Below are positions 8,643 to 19,328 of a stretch of DNA of 64,000 nucleotides, one piece after another. Numbering within the stretch: the stretch's first letter is position 1; the number at the start of each line of letters is the position of its first letter. The position numbers were made by a program, and so were the translations under genes. The notes below the pieces were generated by a model. It was not told the origin of the DNA. It was given only the letters and a program-made list of their open reading frames with translations, and did not search any database. Location: the NCBI GenBank assembly GCA_964430885.1, contig CAYSHM010000011.1, positions 1 through 64,000 on the forward strand. The letters are read 5' to 3'. Source of the stretch: an uncultured archaeon. GTDB lineage: Archaea; Thermoplasmatota; Penumbrarchaeia; JASLWR01.

Positions 8643-9551
8643 GTGGTATTTCAACTGGACCTGGAAAAATTAAAATTCGGCAGTGAGCTTATAAAGAGAG
8701 GTTTTGCCAAGATGCAGAAGGGCGGAGTAGTTATGGATGTTACAAATGCAAGAGAAGCACGGATTGCAGAGGAAGCAGGTGCTGTGGCAGTAATGTCCTT
8801 GGAAAGGGTTCCTGCGGACATCAGAGCAACTGGTGGGATCGCACGTATGGCAGATCCGGCCCGTGTACAGGAAATCATCAATATGGTTACCATCCCGGTC
8901 ATGGCCAAATGTCGGATCGGCCATATAGCCGAGGCTCAGGTTCTGTCCACATTGGATGTGGATATGATCGATGAGAGCGAGGTTCTAACTCCTGCAGATC
9001 CTTTTAGCCATATCGACAAGAGAAAGCTGCCAATCCCTTTTGTTTGCGGTTGTCGCAATCTGGGCGAGGCATGCAGAAGAATAGGTGAGGGGGCTGCAAT
9101 GATAAGGACCAAAGGGGAGGCTGGAACTGGTGATGTTTCCGAGGCAGTAAGGCACATGACCATGTTGAAACGTGAGATCGCCCACCTGCAGACCCTCGAA
9201 GAAGATGGAATAAAGGAGTTCGCCAAGGAGATTAACGCCCCCCTAGATGTTCTGCTTGAGGTCAAGGAGCTTGGCAGATTACCAGTAGTAAACTTCGCAG
9301 CAGGAGGTATCGCTACGCCTGCCGATGCTTCTCTTATGATGCAGATGGGATGCGACGGGATATTCGTCGGCAGCGGAATATTCAAATCTGAAAATCCCAT
9401 GGAGGTGGCCAAGGCTATTGTAAAGGCTACAACCCATTTCGATGACCCGAAAATAGTTGCCGAGGCCTCCAAGAACCTAGGCGCAGCCATGAAGGGCCAG
9501 GAAGTTAGTTCCATACCGGAGGAAGATCGTCTCCAAACTCGTGGCTGGTAA
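8643..9551 (+). CDS. pdxS: Pyridoxal 5'-phosphate synthase lyase subunit PdxS
   Basis: [61 protein letters not shown]; GTG 8643 after SD GAGGTGA. Confidence 0.97.
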   Translation: MVFQLDLEKLKFGSELIKRGFAKMQKGGVVMDVTNAREARIAEEAGAVAVMSLERVPADIRATGGIARMADPARVQEIINMVTIPVMAKCRIGHIAEAQVLSTLDVDMIDESEVLTPADPFSHIDKRKLPIPFVCGCRNLGEACRRIGEGAAMIRTKGEAGTGDVSEAVRHMTMLKREIAHLQTLEEDGIKEFAKEINAPLDVLLEVKELGRLPVVNFAAGGIATPADASLMMQMGCDGIFVGSGIFKSENPMEVAKAIVKATTHFDDPKIVAEASKNLGAAMKGQEVSSIPEEDRLQTRGW

Positions 9552-10086
9552 TCAATCCACTATAATTTCTGATAAAATGACTGAACAATTTGCAGTTTAC
9601 CGATGTCCTAAGTGCATGAAGGCAAAGGTGGTTCAGGGCAGAAGCAGGTCCGCAACTTGCTCCTTTTGTCAAAGCGGTTTTAAGGTATCCGGTAAGACTG
9701 CATATATCAGGACAACTTGCATCCAAACTGCTATTCAGGCAGTGGGTCGCTTGAACTCGATGCATGCAAAGGATCAGGGTACCTTTCAGTCTGAGGTTAT
9801 AGATGTGAGCGTTTTTCCTCCAGCTTCCACTGCCCCTTCGTCCTTTGATAGCGTTCATGATTACATTGGTTTCAGAATAAAGCATATTAAAGGGAAAAAG
9901 AAAATATTATCTGCAGCAGTTGGATTTTTGACCGATGAAATTGGAGATTTTTCCATAGATGATATTCTCTTATGTTTGGAGGAATCAGGACACAGGATGG
10001 AGAGAGTTGAAGAATACCTGGATTTGATGTTGGATGAAAATGAGATAATAAGGGTCGCCAGTGATAGATTCAAGGCCCTTCGGTGA
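9541..10086 (+). CDS. Zn-ribbon plus winged-helix conserved archaeal protein (DUF1922/DUF5817-like)
   Basis: CPKC...CSFC N-terminal ribbon; C-terminal wHTH-like [16 protein letters not shown]. Confidence 0.55.
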   Translation: MAGNQSTIISDKMTEQFAVYRCPKCMKAKVVQGRSRSATCSFCQSGFKVSGKTAYIRTTCIQTAIQAVGRLNSMHAKDQGTFQSEVIDVSVFPPASTAPSSFDSVHDYIGFRIKHIKGKKKILSAAVGFLTDEIGDFSIDDILLCLEESGHRMERVEEYLDLMLDENEIIRVASDRFKALR

Positions 10087-11286
10087 TTGGAGAGTGGGCT
10101 AATGACAGAAAAGCATTTGAAGATAGGAATAATAATCAATCCTATTGCCGGGATGGGGGGGAGAGTAGGTCTGAAGGGGACTGACGGTTCAGATGTTTAC
10201 GCCGAATCAATCAAACGGGGGGCAGTTCCAATAGCGCAGGAATACATGGAACAGTGTATTACCTGGTTTTATGCAAATATTAAATCAGAAGACGGTTTAC
10301 TTTCGAACATTGAGTTTTTGATGTGTTCCAGCCCCATGGGGAGCAAACTTATTCAATCGGATGCCCAGAAGAATTGCCCTTTGGGTTATAGGATTATCTA
10401 TGATCCAGAGTATGAACATACCAGGCCTGAAGATACGGTCAAAGCAGTGTTTTCTTTATGCCGATATTATGCAGATATTATACTGTTCGCCGGTGGTGAT
10501 GGAACCGCAAGGGATGTAGTGATTGGATTGGAAAGGGCGTCCCGAACCGGGTATGATCTTCCACCTATTCTAGGAGTGCCAGCCGGTGTTAAGATGCACT
10601 CATCTGTTTTCGCTCTCTCTCCAGATATGGCCGGGGAGGTTTTGGTATCACATATTCGTGGCGAAACCTCAGTTCAGCAAAGGGAGATATTGGACATTGA
10701 TGAGATTGAATACCGGAAGGGGATACTTGATGTAAAGATGTACGGCAGTGCAGGTGTATCAATAGTCAATGAGATGGTGCAAAGTTCCAAATCACCGTCG
10801 CCCCAATCAGCAGAGGCCGAGCTTCATGGTATTGCTGAAGAAATGGCAGATATTATCAAGCATGATGATGGAACACTGTATCTCCTAGGTGCAGGGTCCA
10901 CTCTTTTTGCAGTAAAGAGGCATTTGGGTATCGACGGTACGCTATTGGGCATCGATGCGGTATTGGATGGGGAACTTTTAGCCAAGGATATCTGGGAAAA
11001 ACAGATGCTTAGTATGGCTGATAAATACCCAATTAAAATAGTGGTAACCCCCATTGGAAGGCAGGGTTTTCTTTTCGGAAGAGGAAATCAGCAATTCTCA
11101 CCGGAAGTAATGGAGATGGCGGGTTTCGAAAATGTTGAGGTCATTTCTACAAGATCCAAGATCAAGGAGTTGGATCGCCTATTTGTTTTTTTAGGGGAGA
11201 AAAAGGAGAAAAATGAAATTCCCGCGTATTTGAGAGTTATGGTGGAACCGGGTATTTATCGTATGATCGAACTAAATTTACTGTAA
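10087..11286 (+). CDS. ATP-NAD/AcoX kinase family protein (COG3199)
   Basis: INPIAGMGGRVGLKGTDG, GGDGTARD, GVKMHSSVF, GTLLGID, GFLFGRGNQQ. Confidence 0.88.
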   Translation: MESGLMTEKHLKIGIIINPIAGMGGRVGLKGTDGSDVYAESIKRGAVPIAQEYMEQCITWFYANIKSEDGLLSNIEFLMCSSPMGSKLIQSDAQKNCPLGYRIIYDPEYEHTRPEDTVKAVFSLCRYYADIILFAGGDGTARDVVIGLERASRTGYDLPPILGVPAGVKMHSSVFALSPDMAGEVLVSHIRGETSVQQREILDIDEIEYRKGILDVKMYGSAGVSIVNEMVQSSKSPSPQSAEAELHGIAEEMADIIKHDDGTLYLLGAGSTLFAVKRHLGIDGTLLGIDAVLDGELLAKDIWEKQMLSMADKYPIKIVVTPIGRQGFLFGRGNQQFSPEVMEMAGFENVEVISTRSKIKELDRLFVFLGEKKEKNEIPAYLRVMVEPGIYRMIELNLL

Positions 11287-11369
11287 TCAATTCTGCAGTG
11301 TATTGCAATTTTTGATATTTCGAGATATAATATTATTAAAAGTCAAATTATTACATACTTATAGCAGAT

Positions 11370-14120
11370 ATGAAGTTACTCAATATGAGTTTCAATGAAG
11401 AAGAATCAAAGAAGGTGATGGAGACCATGATTAAAGGTATGGATGAATATTTTTATAGTATTAAAAAGAATTTGTTCCTTCCCGTAAACAGACGTATTGC
11501 GGTCTTACTGCTGATATCTGGGCTAGTTATGTTTAATCTTTTCATTCCAGCGTTCAACCCGGGTTTTCAATCCTCTGCATATATTCGCACCTCCTCCATC
11601 CAAAACTCCGATCCGCTATTGGAAAATCAAAATTTTCAAGCTTGGCGCCCTAACGAAATGATCAAAAAGGCTTCTCCCTCGGCCGCAGCATCTAGGAGCG
11701 GTAATTATCCCCAATGGCTCTTAGGCGACTATTTCAATTACACCCAGACATACCACAATCCCAATTACTACAATTCCTATTCAATGACGAGTTCTTACGA
11801 GGTAAAGAACATCACTACTGAGACCACGCCGGCCGGAACCTTCAATGTTTTTGGTGTTTCCGGCACCAGCAGTGCATTCTGGACCGGAAATCCGCCCCAT
11901 ACTTCCGGCAGTTATCAGATGCAGTCATCCAACTACTATGCCGCGGGGAACCTGTCAAGTGTTTCCTCCTATACCTATACCGATGCCTCAACATATTATT
12001 CCACCAGCAATATGTATTACAGTCCGCCCCAGGATATTTGGGATTATCCTATTGGTGCAGATGAACAATGGAATGTATCCACGACCTATTATTACGATAC
12101 AGTTACGGTTATGAAAGGATCGGGAGATGTGTATCCAAATTCAGGTTCATATACCTACACATCCGAATATGACTGCAGGGGTAGGACAACTGTGAACGTG
12201 GAAGCGGGATCATTTACCGTTCTGGAAATAATTGTCTCCTCAGACCCGACCTCATATTCGAAAATTTATTTCGATCCCCAGATGGGCTGGCATGTTAAAA
12301 TGGAATCCTATTCCCAAGGAGTCCTGCACAGCATTATTGAATTGAACCATACAAACTTTCAGCCGGGTCCAGCGGTCAATTCCCAGAATTTTGACATATC
12401 CATGCTTGAAGATACTACTTATACATCCCTGAACTGCAGTGATATATTCACCAGCGAGAAGGAATTATCCTTCAACTCATCGTCTTCAGCCAAGTTGGAT
12501 GTGATCATAGGTCAGGGGGGCGGAGTTACCATCAGACCGCAGAATAATTGGTTTGGTGAAGCCGCATTAACATTGGAAGCTACCGATGGTACTAAATCAG
12601 TTTCCAAGGAAATAATGGTGACTGTGAATCCAGTGAACGATGCACCTTATCTGACTGGCTTCGATTCAGTTGAGCTCTCCGAGGGGGGAAGCATTACAGG
12701 CATAGACCTTTTTGAACATGCTCATGACGTAGATGACCCTAATGATGACATTATCTTCGATGTTGGCCAGGGCACCCAGATCACCACCGATCTTAGACAA
12801 GGCCATCTTTTGGACATTTCTTCACAGCAGCAGTGGTATGGAAGGGATAGCTTTGGCATTACTCTGTCCGACGGCGACAAATCCAAGGATTACTCAATTT
12901 CCGTCACGGTCACCAAGAGAAACGATCCTCCAGTTTTGGAAGCCCTTGATGATATGGAAGTACCGCAATATGATCACCTCAATTTCACTCTAGAGGCGGA
13001 GGACCCCGATTTTGAAGAGAGCCTCACCTTCAATACTAATATATCGGACAGTATTGAGGAAGAATATTATGGGGAACTCTTTCAATTCGATAGCTACACT
13101 GGCTTATTCAGCTTTCATCCGGTGAGAGAAGAGCTTGTGGGAGTACATTATGTATCATTCTGGGTTTCAGACGGAACAGTTTCAGATTATGAGAATATTA
13201 CCATCACAGTGGAGAATGTCAACGATCCTCCTGTGGTTGAGGGGGGCATCATTTTCGAGAGGAATCTAGAAATGGATTCTCTGAATGACGGGGGATTAAC
13301 CTATATCTTTCATCCGCCGGACGTGTTCGATCAGGATGGAGATCAAATAGACTACCTATGGAATTTTGGGGATGGAAGCAATGGGAACCCCGAGAAACAA
13401 TGCAACCATACATTCATGGAATCCGGGAACTACACTGTCACTTTATCCATATCTGACGGACATATTTCTGACTCAATTATTGTCGAGGCCGAAATCGAGA
13501 TAAATATTTATGATGATGATCCAGACAGCGATACCAGCAGCTCATCAGATGATAATACCTCTAGCGGTGGGGGGAACGAAACTTCCGGAACCGATTCCCA
13601 AACTGATGATGATGACAAGGGTGATGATAGCGGCGATAATACCGGAGATACTTCAGGCGAAGGATCTGAACTTGGATCTGGAAAGGATAATGACGATGAT
13701 TCAGAGGATTTGAATCCAAATAAAAACTCTCAAGGGACCGAGAGCAGTGGAATATCCGGTGCCATTATATTTTTGATAATAATTATTGTCATTATTTTAC
13801 TAGCGGTACTAGCGGTGCTGATAATTCTTATAATGCGGAAATCAGGAGGGGAGGAAGAGCAGGATGCCCAAAATGATTTCAAACCCCAAGATACGATGAT
13901 GGAGTCACCGGAGAGATTCCAGTATTCCGATATGAATGAATATGGTGGACAGCCGATCTATGAAACATCCTACGAACGGCTCTATGGAACGCCAAGCAGC
14001 AGAACTGAATTACCAGTCCATCTCCCTCAGTTACCGGAACCTGCCGAAGGCCAGGAATACAATTATCCCCATGATGATTATACCTATTACGGCCCCGAAA
14101 ACGAGGATTATCCATACTAA
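11370..14120 (+). CDS. Large surface protein: cadherin/Ig-like (VNDAP) repeats, PKD domain, Asp/Ser linker, C-terminal TM and Tyr/Pro-rich tail
   Basis: N-terminal hydrophobic segment; VNPVNDAP, RNDPP, VNDPP; YLWNFGDGS PKD; TM AIIFLIIIIVIILLAVLAVLIILIM followed by RK. Confidence 0.8.
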   Translation: MKLLNMSFNEEESKKVMETMIKGMDEYFYSIKKNLFLPVNRRIAVLLLISGLVMFNLFIPAFNPGFQSSAYIRTSSIQNSDPLLENQNFQAWRPNEMIKKASPSAAASRSGNYPQWLLGDYFNYTQTYHNPNYYNSYSMTSSYEVKNITTETTPAGTFNVFGVSGTSSAFWTGNPPHTSGSYQMQSSNYYAAGNLSSVSSYTYTDASTYYSTSNMYYSPPQDIWDYPIGADEQWNVSTTYYYDTVTVMKGSGDVYPNSGSYTYTSEYDCRGRTTVNVEAGSFTVLEIIVSSDPTSYSKIYFDPQMGWHVKMESYSQGVLHSIIELNHTNFQPGPAVNSQNFDISMLEDTTYTSLNCSDIFTSEKELSFNSSSSAKLDVIIGQGGGVTIRPQNNWFGEAALTLEATDGTKSVSKEIMVTVNPVNDAPYLTGFDSVELSEGGSITGIDLFEHAHDVDDPNDDIIFDVGQGTQITTDLRQGHLLDISSQQQWYGRDSFGITLSDGDKSKDYSISVTVTKRNDPPVLEALDDMEVPQYDHLNFTLEAEDPDFEESLTFNTNISDSIEEEYYGELFQFDSYTGLFSFHPVREELVGVHYVSFWVSDGTVSDYENITITVENVNDPPVVEGGIIFERNLEMDSLNDGGLTYIFHPPDVFDQDGDQIDYLWNFGDGSNGNPEKQCNHTFMESGNYTVTLSISDGHISDSIIVEAEIEINIYDDDPDSDTSSSSDDNTSSGGGNETSGTDSQTDDDDKGDDSGDNTGDTSGEGSELGSGKDNDDDSEDLNPNKNSQGTESSGISGAIIFLIIIIVIILLAVLAVLIILIMRKSGGEEEQDAQNDFKPQDTMMESPERFQYSDMNEYGGQPIYETSYERLYGTPSSRTELPVHLPQLPEPAEGQEYNYPHDDYTYYGPENEDYPY

Positions 14121-14131
14121 GCAATAGAGGA

Positions 14132-14881
14132 ATGATAAAAATGAAAAAACTTCTACCCCCGTATTTTGCAATAGCCGGACATTCCAACACAGGTAAGACC
14201 ACAATGATTGCGAGATTGATAAGAGAACTGGTTAAAAAAAAGATCAGGGTTGTATCCATCAAACATTCTGAAGGAAAGTTCTCGATGGATACACCTGGGA
14301 AAGATACCTGGAAACACAGAGAGGCCGGTTCATCCATGATAGTGTTTTCAACTGCAGGGGAAACCTCATACATTCTGCCCGAACCGCTGGACCTCGAAGA
14401 TGTTCTGAAGCACATATCATCTATTATCAATCCGGATATAGTTCTGATCGAGGGTTTGATGAGCGGGGAAATTCCAAAGATAGTATTGGGCGGTACTGGG
14501 AATCGTTCAGATGACGTAGACCGCGAAAAATTGTTTGAAAATGCAATGGAATCTATCTTGAAAGAAATTAAAATACATAGACTGCTGGTCAGGCTTCCAA
14601 ATATGGATTGTCAGAGATGCGGTTTCAGATCCTGCAGTGAATTGGCTGACGCTATTTTGAAAGAGGAAGCGGAAATCGAAGACTGTAAGCAGCTGCTCAT
14701 GAAGGAGTCCGTACCTTTTTTGGACCTTCTTGTGAACGGTAAGAGTATCGAACTTTCACCATTCCCTGCTGCCATGCTGGAGAGCGGAATAACTGGAATG
14801 CTGACTTCCTTGAAAGGCGTGGAACATATTGGTGAGGTGGAGATACGCTACCGCAGACCTGATGGAAATGAAGATGCCTGA
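14132..14881 (+). CDS. mobB: Molybdopterin-guanine dinucleotide biosynthesis protein MobB with Fe-S domain
   Basis: GHSNTGKTT, SIKH, DTPGKDTWKH, VLIEG; LPNMDCQRCGFRSC...C Fe-S motif. Confidence 0.88.
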   Translation: MIKMKKLLPPYFAIAGHSNTGKTTMIARLIRELVKKKIRVVSIKHSEGKFSMDTPGKDTWKHREAGSSMIVFSTAGETSYILPEPLDLEDVLKHISSIINPDIVLIEGLMSGEIPKIVLGGTGNRSDDVDREKLFENAMESILKEIKIHRLLVRLPNMDCQRCGFRSCSELADAILKEEAEIEDCKQLLMKESVPFLDLLVNGKSIELSPFPAAMLESGITGMLTSLKGVEHIGEVEIRYRRPDGNEDA

Positions 14882-14892
14882 ATGGATTACCC

Positions 14893-16308
14893 CTATAGTT
14901 CAGTATAATATCTTTTCAGCAGAGGCCGTTCAAGGTACTCTGGTTTCCCTTGGAATTCAGGATAATGGACCATGCATGATATCCTGTACTTATCATCGCC
15001 CACAAGGTCCTCGGCCTGGAAGTTCTTTTTGAAATCTGTTACTATCTCACCTTCGTATAGGAGCGTTTGTCTGTTACCTCTGTTCATACAGGTGTCGTTT
15101 TCAAATTGACATTTGCTGAAACCAATATCAACATGTGTTGCGTCAGAAAGAAGGAAGGGCATGGATCCTCTAGGGGTTCCTCCGGCCTTTTCAGGCGGAA
15201 TAATTACCACTTCTCCCCTGAAGGACAGGGGTATTCCAGCACAGACGATATCTTTGGGCCTTCCGTCCTTCCCACCCAGTCTCAGGGCTGAAAAGATTGC
15301 GGGGAAGTCCATTGATAAGATCTGGCATTCATCAACCATAAAAGCTCTGGATTTCTGAACATCATCCCTGTTATAGAATTCCCAAGGGTCGCCGTTGTCA
15401 AAGTAAGTGGCTTTTCTTTTTATCCACAGGAATTTCTCATTGGCTCGATCGGCAATTGTCCTAGAATCGAAATTTCCCTCATCACGAGTATCCCCTTGTG
15501 GTTTGAAATATATAATGTCATCATGGGGTGCCATTTTCTCAAGGTCTCTTATGGATCGTCTAGTCTTTCCAGTTCTCATAGTACCCGAGTGAACTGTAAG
15601 GGACCCTGGTTGGATTTTCTCCTCAATGGCGCGTTTTTGAAGGGGTTCAATGAACTCTTCCCAGGGAGCTCCGGGTCTTCTAACATGCATATCGCAAACA
15701 GGTTTGAATTCAGTATCAGGGGTGATTTCGAAGGGATCTATGTTGAACTCGGAAGGTTGTCCGTCTATTAAGCGTTGGAGGTTATAAGACGGCCTGCCAC
15801 ATACATGGCAGGGCCTCGGATTTTTAATAATCCTATCCGACCTGCACAGCACCTCAGGGTAAATGGGATCCCCGTTACAGTCATTGTCCGGAAATACTGT
15901 GACTACATAGGAACCTTTTCTCACCAGTTTATCTATGACATCGATTATTCTGCGGTCCTTGAAGAACTGGAGTCCGTAGATTCCAACAACATCAAGATCC
16001 CCTATCTTTTCTATCTCTTCGAGAAGTTCAACTGCATTCAGAGGATCAATGGCCTTTGACATTACTTTACCATATGTTTCCACATCTGATTCAGGGTGGA
16101 CCTCCATACCTAGAATGTCGAATCTGTCATCCACATCGATGTTGGGGTGGAAGATGCGGGTTTTGTATCCGAGAGTTCTTTCCCATTTCCCTATCTCGAC
16201 ACTCGCTTCCTTGTATTTCGGAGTACCTACGGGTCCCGTATATGTCACCAATGTGTATGGTGTCGGCCCATATGGAATAATTGAATTGTTCCCTTTTATC
16301 TTCATCAT
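14893..16308 (-). CDS. Tandem (two-domain) type II / TK1-like thymidine kinase; N-domain degenerate
   Basis: Domain 1: GPVGTPK, VVGIYGLQFF, CHVC...QRLIDG...CDMH. Domain 2: GTMRTGKT, FKPQGDTR, VDECQ, AGIPLSFRGE, C...C...YRISCMVH. Confidence 0.75.
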   Translation of the reverse strand: MMKIKGNNSIIPYGPTPYTLVTYTGPVGTPKYKEASVEIGKWERTLGYKTRIFHPNIDVDDRFDILGMEVHPESDVETYGKVMSKAIDPLNAVELLEEIEKIGDLDVVGIYGLQFFKDRRIIDVIDKLVRKGSYVVTVFPDNDCNGDPIYPEVLCRSDRIIKNPRPCHVCGRPSYNLQRLIDGQPSEFNIDPFEITPDTEFKPVCDMHVRRPGAPWEEFIEPLQKRAIEEKIQPGSLTVHSGTMRTGKTRRSIRDLEKMAPHDDIIYFKPQGDTRDEGNFDSRTIADRANEKFLWIKRKATYFDNGDPWEFYNRDDVQKSRAFMVDECQILSMDFPAIFSALRLGGKDGRPKDIVCAGIPLSFRGEVVIIPPEKAGGTPRGSMPFLLSDATHVDIGFSKCQFENDTCMNRGNRQTLLYEGEIVTDFKKNFQAEDLVGDDKYRISCMVHYPEFQGKPEYLERPLLKRYYTEL

Positions 16309-16414
16309 ACGCTGGCTAATTGTCTTTTTTGATTATATATTTTATTTCAAAAGTATTGCTGGTGAATTTTTTGCAGTAACAATGGTAGATTATTCAATTC
16401 AGCCAGCCGACGGA

Positions 16415-19015
16415 TCAATTTCTTGAAGGTATGTGGGGCAGGAAGGCGGGATCGCCGATAATATTGAATTCCTCAACAGTGTCGCTGTGGGCGTCGGCAT
16501 TCCCCATTCCGATCTCTTGAATATAGAGGTTCTTTGCCTTCATCAGAGCGGCCCCATAGGAATTCACGGGATCTACCGTCTTGAAAGCATCAGGTCCTCT
16601 CTCGTATACTTCTCCTATCATATATCCGTACATATACAATCCGATATAGGCCCCCAGGGTTTCACCTGACTCAGTAGAAAGGGGTGAAAAACCTCCCCAG
16701 GATAATCTTGATGATCCGACATACATGACCATGCCCGAATGCAGAAAGGAAAGAGATATTGCATTGGTTTGGTCCAGACCGTCTATCTTCCCGGTTACAC
16801 ATGAGGCTCCGAATATGGATGATGGACCGAATTCCATATTGTTGACATTGGCAGGATAGAATCCACCTCCGACACTTGTGTCCTTGTAACCTGGGGGAAC
16901 GAACCAGTAATAGAAACCGTGTGCACAGAAATAGATGAGATTGGACCGTTCATAAACAGAATAGGATATCTTTGAATCCGAAGCTGGACCGTCATGAGTG
17001 GAATCCACTGTATAGCCTCCATCGGAGAAAATCTTATCCAGTTTCTTTGTTACCGTTTCGGAAAAACCCACAGGGATCTGGGTGCCGAAGGTGGTCATGG
17101 CTGTATTGGCGAATTTCTCCCCTGAATGCCCAACGCTCTTATCGGCAATATCAGAATAGAAGAAGGTCTTGGCAAGAAGCACGGAGACATCCTGAGCATC
17201 CCATCCGGCTAGTCTTCCAATACCTAGTTCCAGTGAAACAGTGGAGCCGTCGATCTCATTGAAATGATCGGTCAAACTGGCATCTATGTCAGAATATATA
17301 TTATCCGATGGGATGCCGTATCCCTCCCTGGATCCGTAATGCTCCTGCTGCGGTTCAGCCTCGTAATAATACCACGGGATCATGTTTGTATCAGCTATAA
17401 CGCCAATAAGAAGAGGATCCTCCAGACTTTGTTTATAGGTATTGGCCAATGATGTGTAGTCATCGATCTTTTTAACCGGAGTGCCCGCTAGTTTTCCTAG
17501 AAGTTCATTGAGATGACCTTTCACCTCATATGCTTCTGCATTCACCTGTTCAAGCAGGGGAGGGTTCAGAGACGGATCCCCGCAATTGGGGTTCTCCAGC
17601 AGTTTCTCAGAGAATTGAGTGAAATCCGGGTTTGCCAGAACCAACCCGCCTCGCACTGCGGCGAGATACGGCGCCATGGATGATATTCCGGGAATCAGGG
17701 GATAATTTGGATGTGAGAGTTTCTGTGCCTTTACCGTGATGGTATATGTTGATTCAGGCAGAGGCGCCCACGGATTGATCTGATAATGGAGAGTAGCAAG
17801 GAGCTGGACAGCATGTTCGCCTGTACTTCTGAAAACCGGTTTTTCCGTGTACCCGTGAGTTGAGGTCCCGAGATCCTCATAACCGAGGGAGGGCGAGAAG
17901 AACTGTAGATGGTCATCATTATCTGGGTCATCGATCATCTCACCATCCTTATCACTGTCCACACCGAAATAGGTGTAGCTTCTCTGTCCGTCCTGTTGAG
18001 GTGTTCTGCCGGGTATTGCCGAGGAGGAATATTTCACTTTAGTATCAAGTATGATTTTGGCCCAGGTGTAATCTTCAGGGATTGTAAAATAATGTGTAGG
18101 GGCGTTTGCATCGGATGAGGGATTGGATGTGGAGCCTGAGGATTGGGAAGCCACAGTGCCTGTGAATACTTCCATTGTTTCATCAAGAACCTCAGGGATA
18201 TCAATATCTTTGGGATTTGCCATTGCAATATATTTAACTTCGTTGATATTCATTCTATCCTTCAGCAAGGACAGTTTCTGCCCCTCATGCTCAACACCTG
18301 CGGCTATTAAATCCTGTACCTGGGTGATATTGTCGAAGAACATGGTCTTTTTATAACCCTTCAGGCCCCCGCATATCAATGTATAGCGTACATTCAATGA
18401 CTTCAAGGTGTCTTTTACGTCCTCCGTATCATGTGCTATTAAGACCGGAATATTAAGATAACTTGCTATGGGGACCACATTGACAGCCATATCGTATCCG
18501 GCCTGTGAATCCTCAACAATAATTGCACCGTCGGAGTATTCCCAGTACGCCATTGCCAAAGCTTCTGAGGTGTCGCAGTGACAATGGGATATGAAAGGAG
18601 TAATGACCTTGAAGATATTCAATTCTTCCATGACATCGTCGCCTACTCCGCCGATGGCCAGCACCTTTGCGGGCGAATACTGCATCAGGAAACGTGAAAC
18701 GGCCTTGGAAATGCCTGATTCCGCGGTAGAAGGATTAATACCTGCAAGAAGCATGGGTCTTAACTGGAGAGTAGTATTTTCATAGTAGGCCGCCAGGGGT
18801 GTTGCTGAAAGAACATTATATGGATCGTCATATGGAAGGACTATCGCTTCGAACTCAAATCCCTTTTTCTGTGACCTGCTTGATAAGAGATCAGCTATAG
18901 TAGCTCTGCTGATGCCATCATTTTCTTCAATATTGTTGACATATACCAGTAATCCCCCTGCTATAATGACGCCTACCAGGATTACACAGATTATCTGTTT
19001 GGTTTTCTTGTTCAT
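16415..19015 (-). CDS. Membrane-anchored/secreted protein with C-terminal gingipain-like (peptidase C25) domain
   Basis: N-terminal TM/signal; SDNIYSD, IGRL, FCAHG, ASCVTG (His/Cys dyad), YGAALMKAKN, FNIIGDPA. Confidence 0.7.
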   Translation of the reverse strand: MNKKTKQIICVILVGVIIAGGLLVYVNNIEENDGISRATIADLLSSRSQKKGFEFEAIVLPYDDPYNVLSATPLAAYYENTTLQLRPMLLAGINPSTAESGISKAVSRFLMQYSPAKVLAIGGVGDDVMEELNIFKVITPFISHCHCDTSEALAMAYWEYSDGAIIVEDSQAGYDMAVNVVPIASYLNIPVLIAHDTEDVKDTLKSLNVRYTLICGGLKGYKKTMFFDNITQVQDLIAAGVEHEGQKLSLLKDRMNINEVKYIAMANPKDIDIPEVLDETMEVFTGTVASQSSGSTSNPSSDANAPTHYFTIPEDYTWAKIILDTKVKYSSSAIPGRTPQQDGQRSYTYFGVDSDKDGEMIDDPDNDDHLQFFSPSLGYEDLGTSTHGYTEKPVFRSTGEHAVQLLATLHYQINPWAPLPESTYTITVKAQKLSHPNYPLIPGISSMAPYLAAVRGGLVLANPDFTQFSEKLLENPNCGDPSLNPPLLEQVNAEAYEVKGHLNELLGKLAGTPVKKIDDYTSLANTYKQSLEDPLLIGVIADTNMIPWYYYEAEPQQEHYGSREGYGIPSDNIYSDIDASLTDHFNEIDGSTVSLELGIGRLAGWDAQDVSVLLAKTFFYSDIADKSVGHSGEKFANTAMTTFGTQIPVGFSETVTKKLDKIFSDGGYTVDSTHDGPASDSKISYSVYERSNLIYFCAHGFYYWFVPPGYKDTSVGGGFYPANVNNMEFGPSSIFGASCVTGKIDGLDQTNAISLSFLHSGMVMYVGSSRLSWGGFSPLSTESGETLGAYIGLYMYGYMIGEVYERGPDAFKTVDPVNSYGAALMKAKNLYIQEIGMGNADAHSDTVEEFNIIGDPAFLPHIPSRN

Positions 19016-19328
19016 TTTTTCCCCCCGGATATAATTATCTAGGTTTGGTAAAAATTGACATCTATATTACACTGTATTTAGTAAATCACGATATATAATG
19101 ATTGAGATGCAGAAATGAATTACAGCAAAAGAGGAATTGGGTCAGTTCGTAAGTATAATTCAATCTGTTAAAATTTTTAGATGATTTTATTACAATCCCG
19201 AGTTGAAGAAGGAATTTTATTAAGTGGCAATATGGATTAACATTCAATCATAAAATATTCAAATGATTCAACTATTGTAATCTCCAACCTATAACAATAA
19301 AACAGTAAGTATTTGGAGGGTATTTGAA

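Noticed and set aside
8936-9514. 192-aa antisense ORF, and the many other short overlapping ORFs in the track (e.g. 396-788, 13879-14430, 61015-61518)
   Set aside because: They are shadows of well-supported genes on the opposite strand or frame, with no recognisable motifs or SD.
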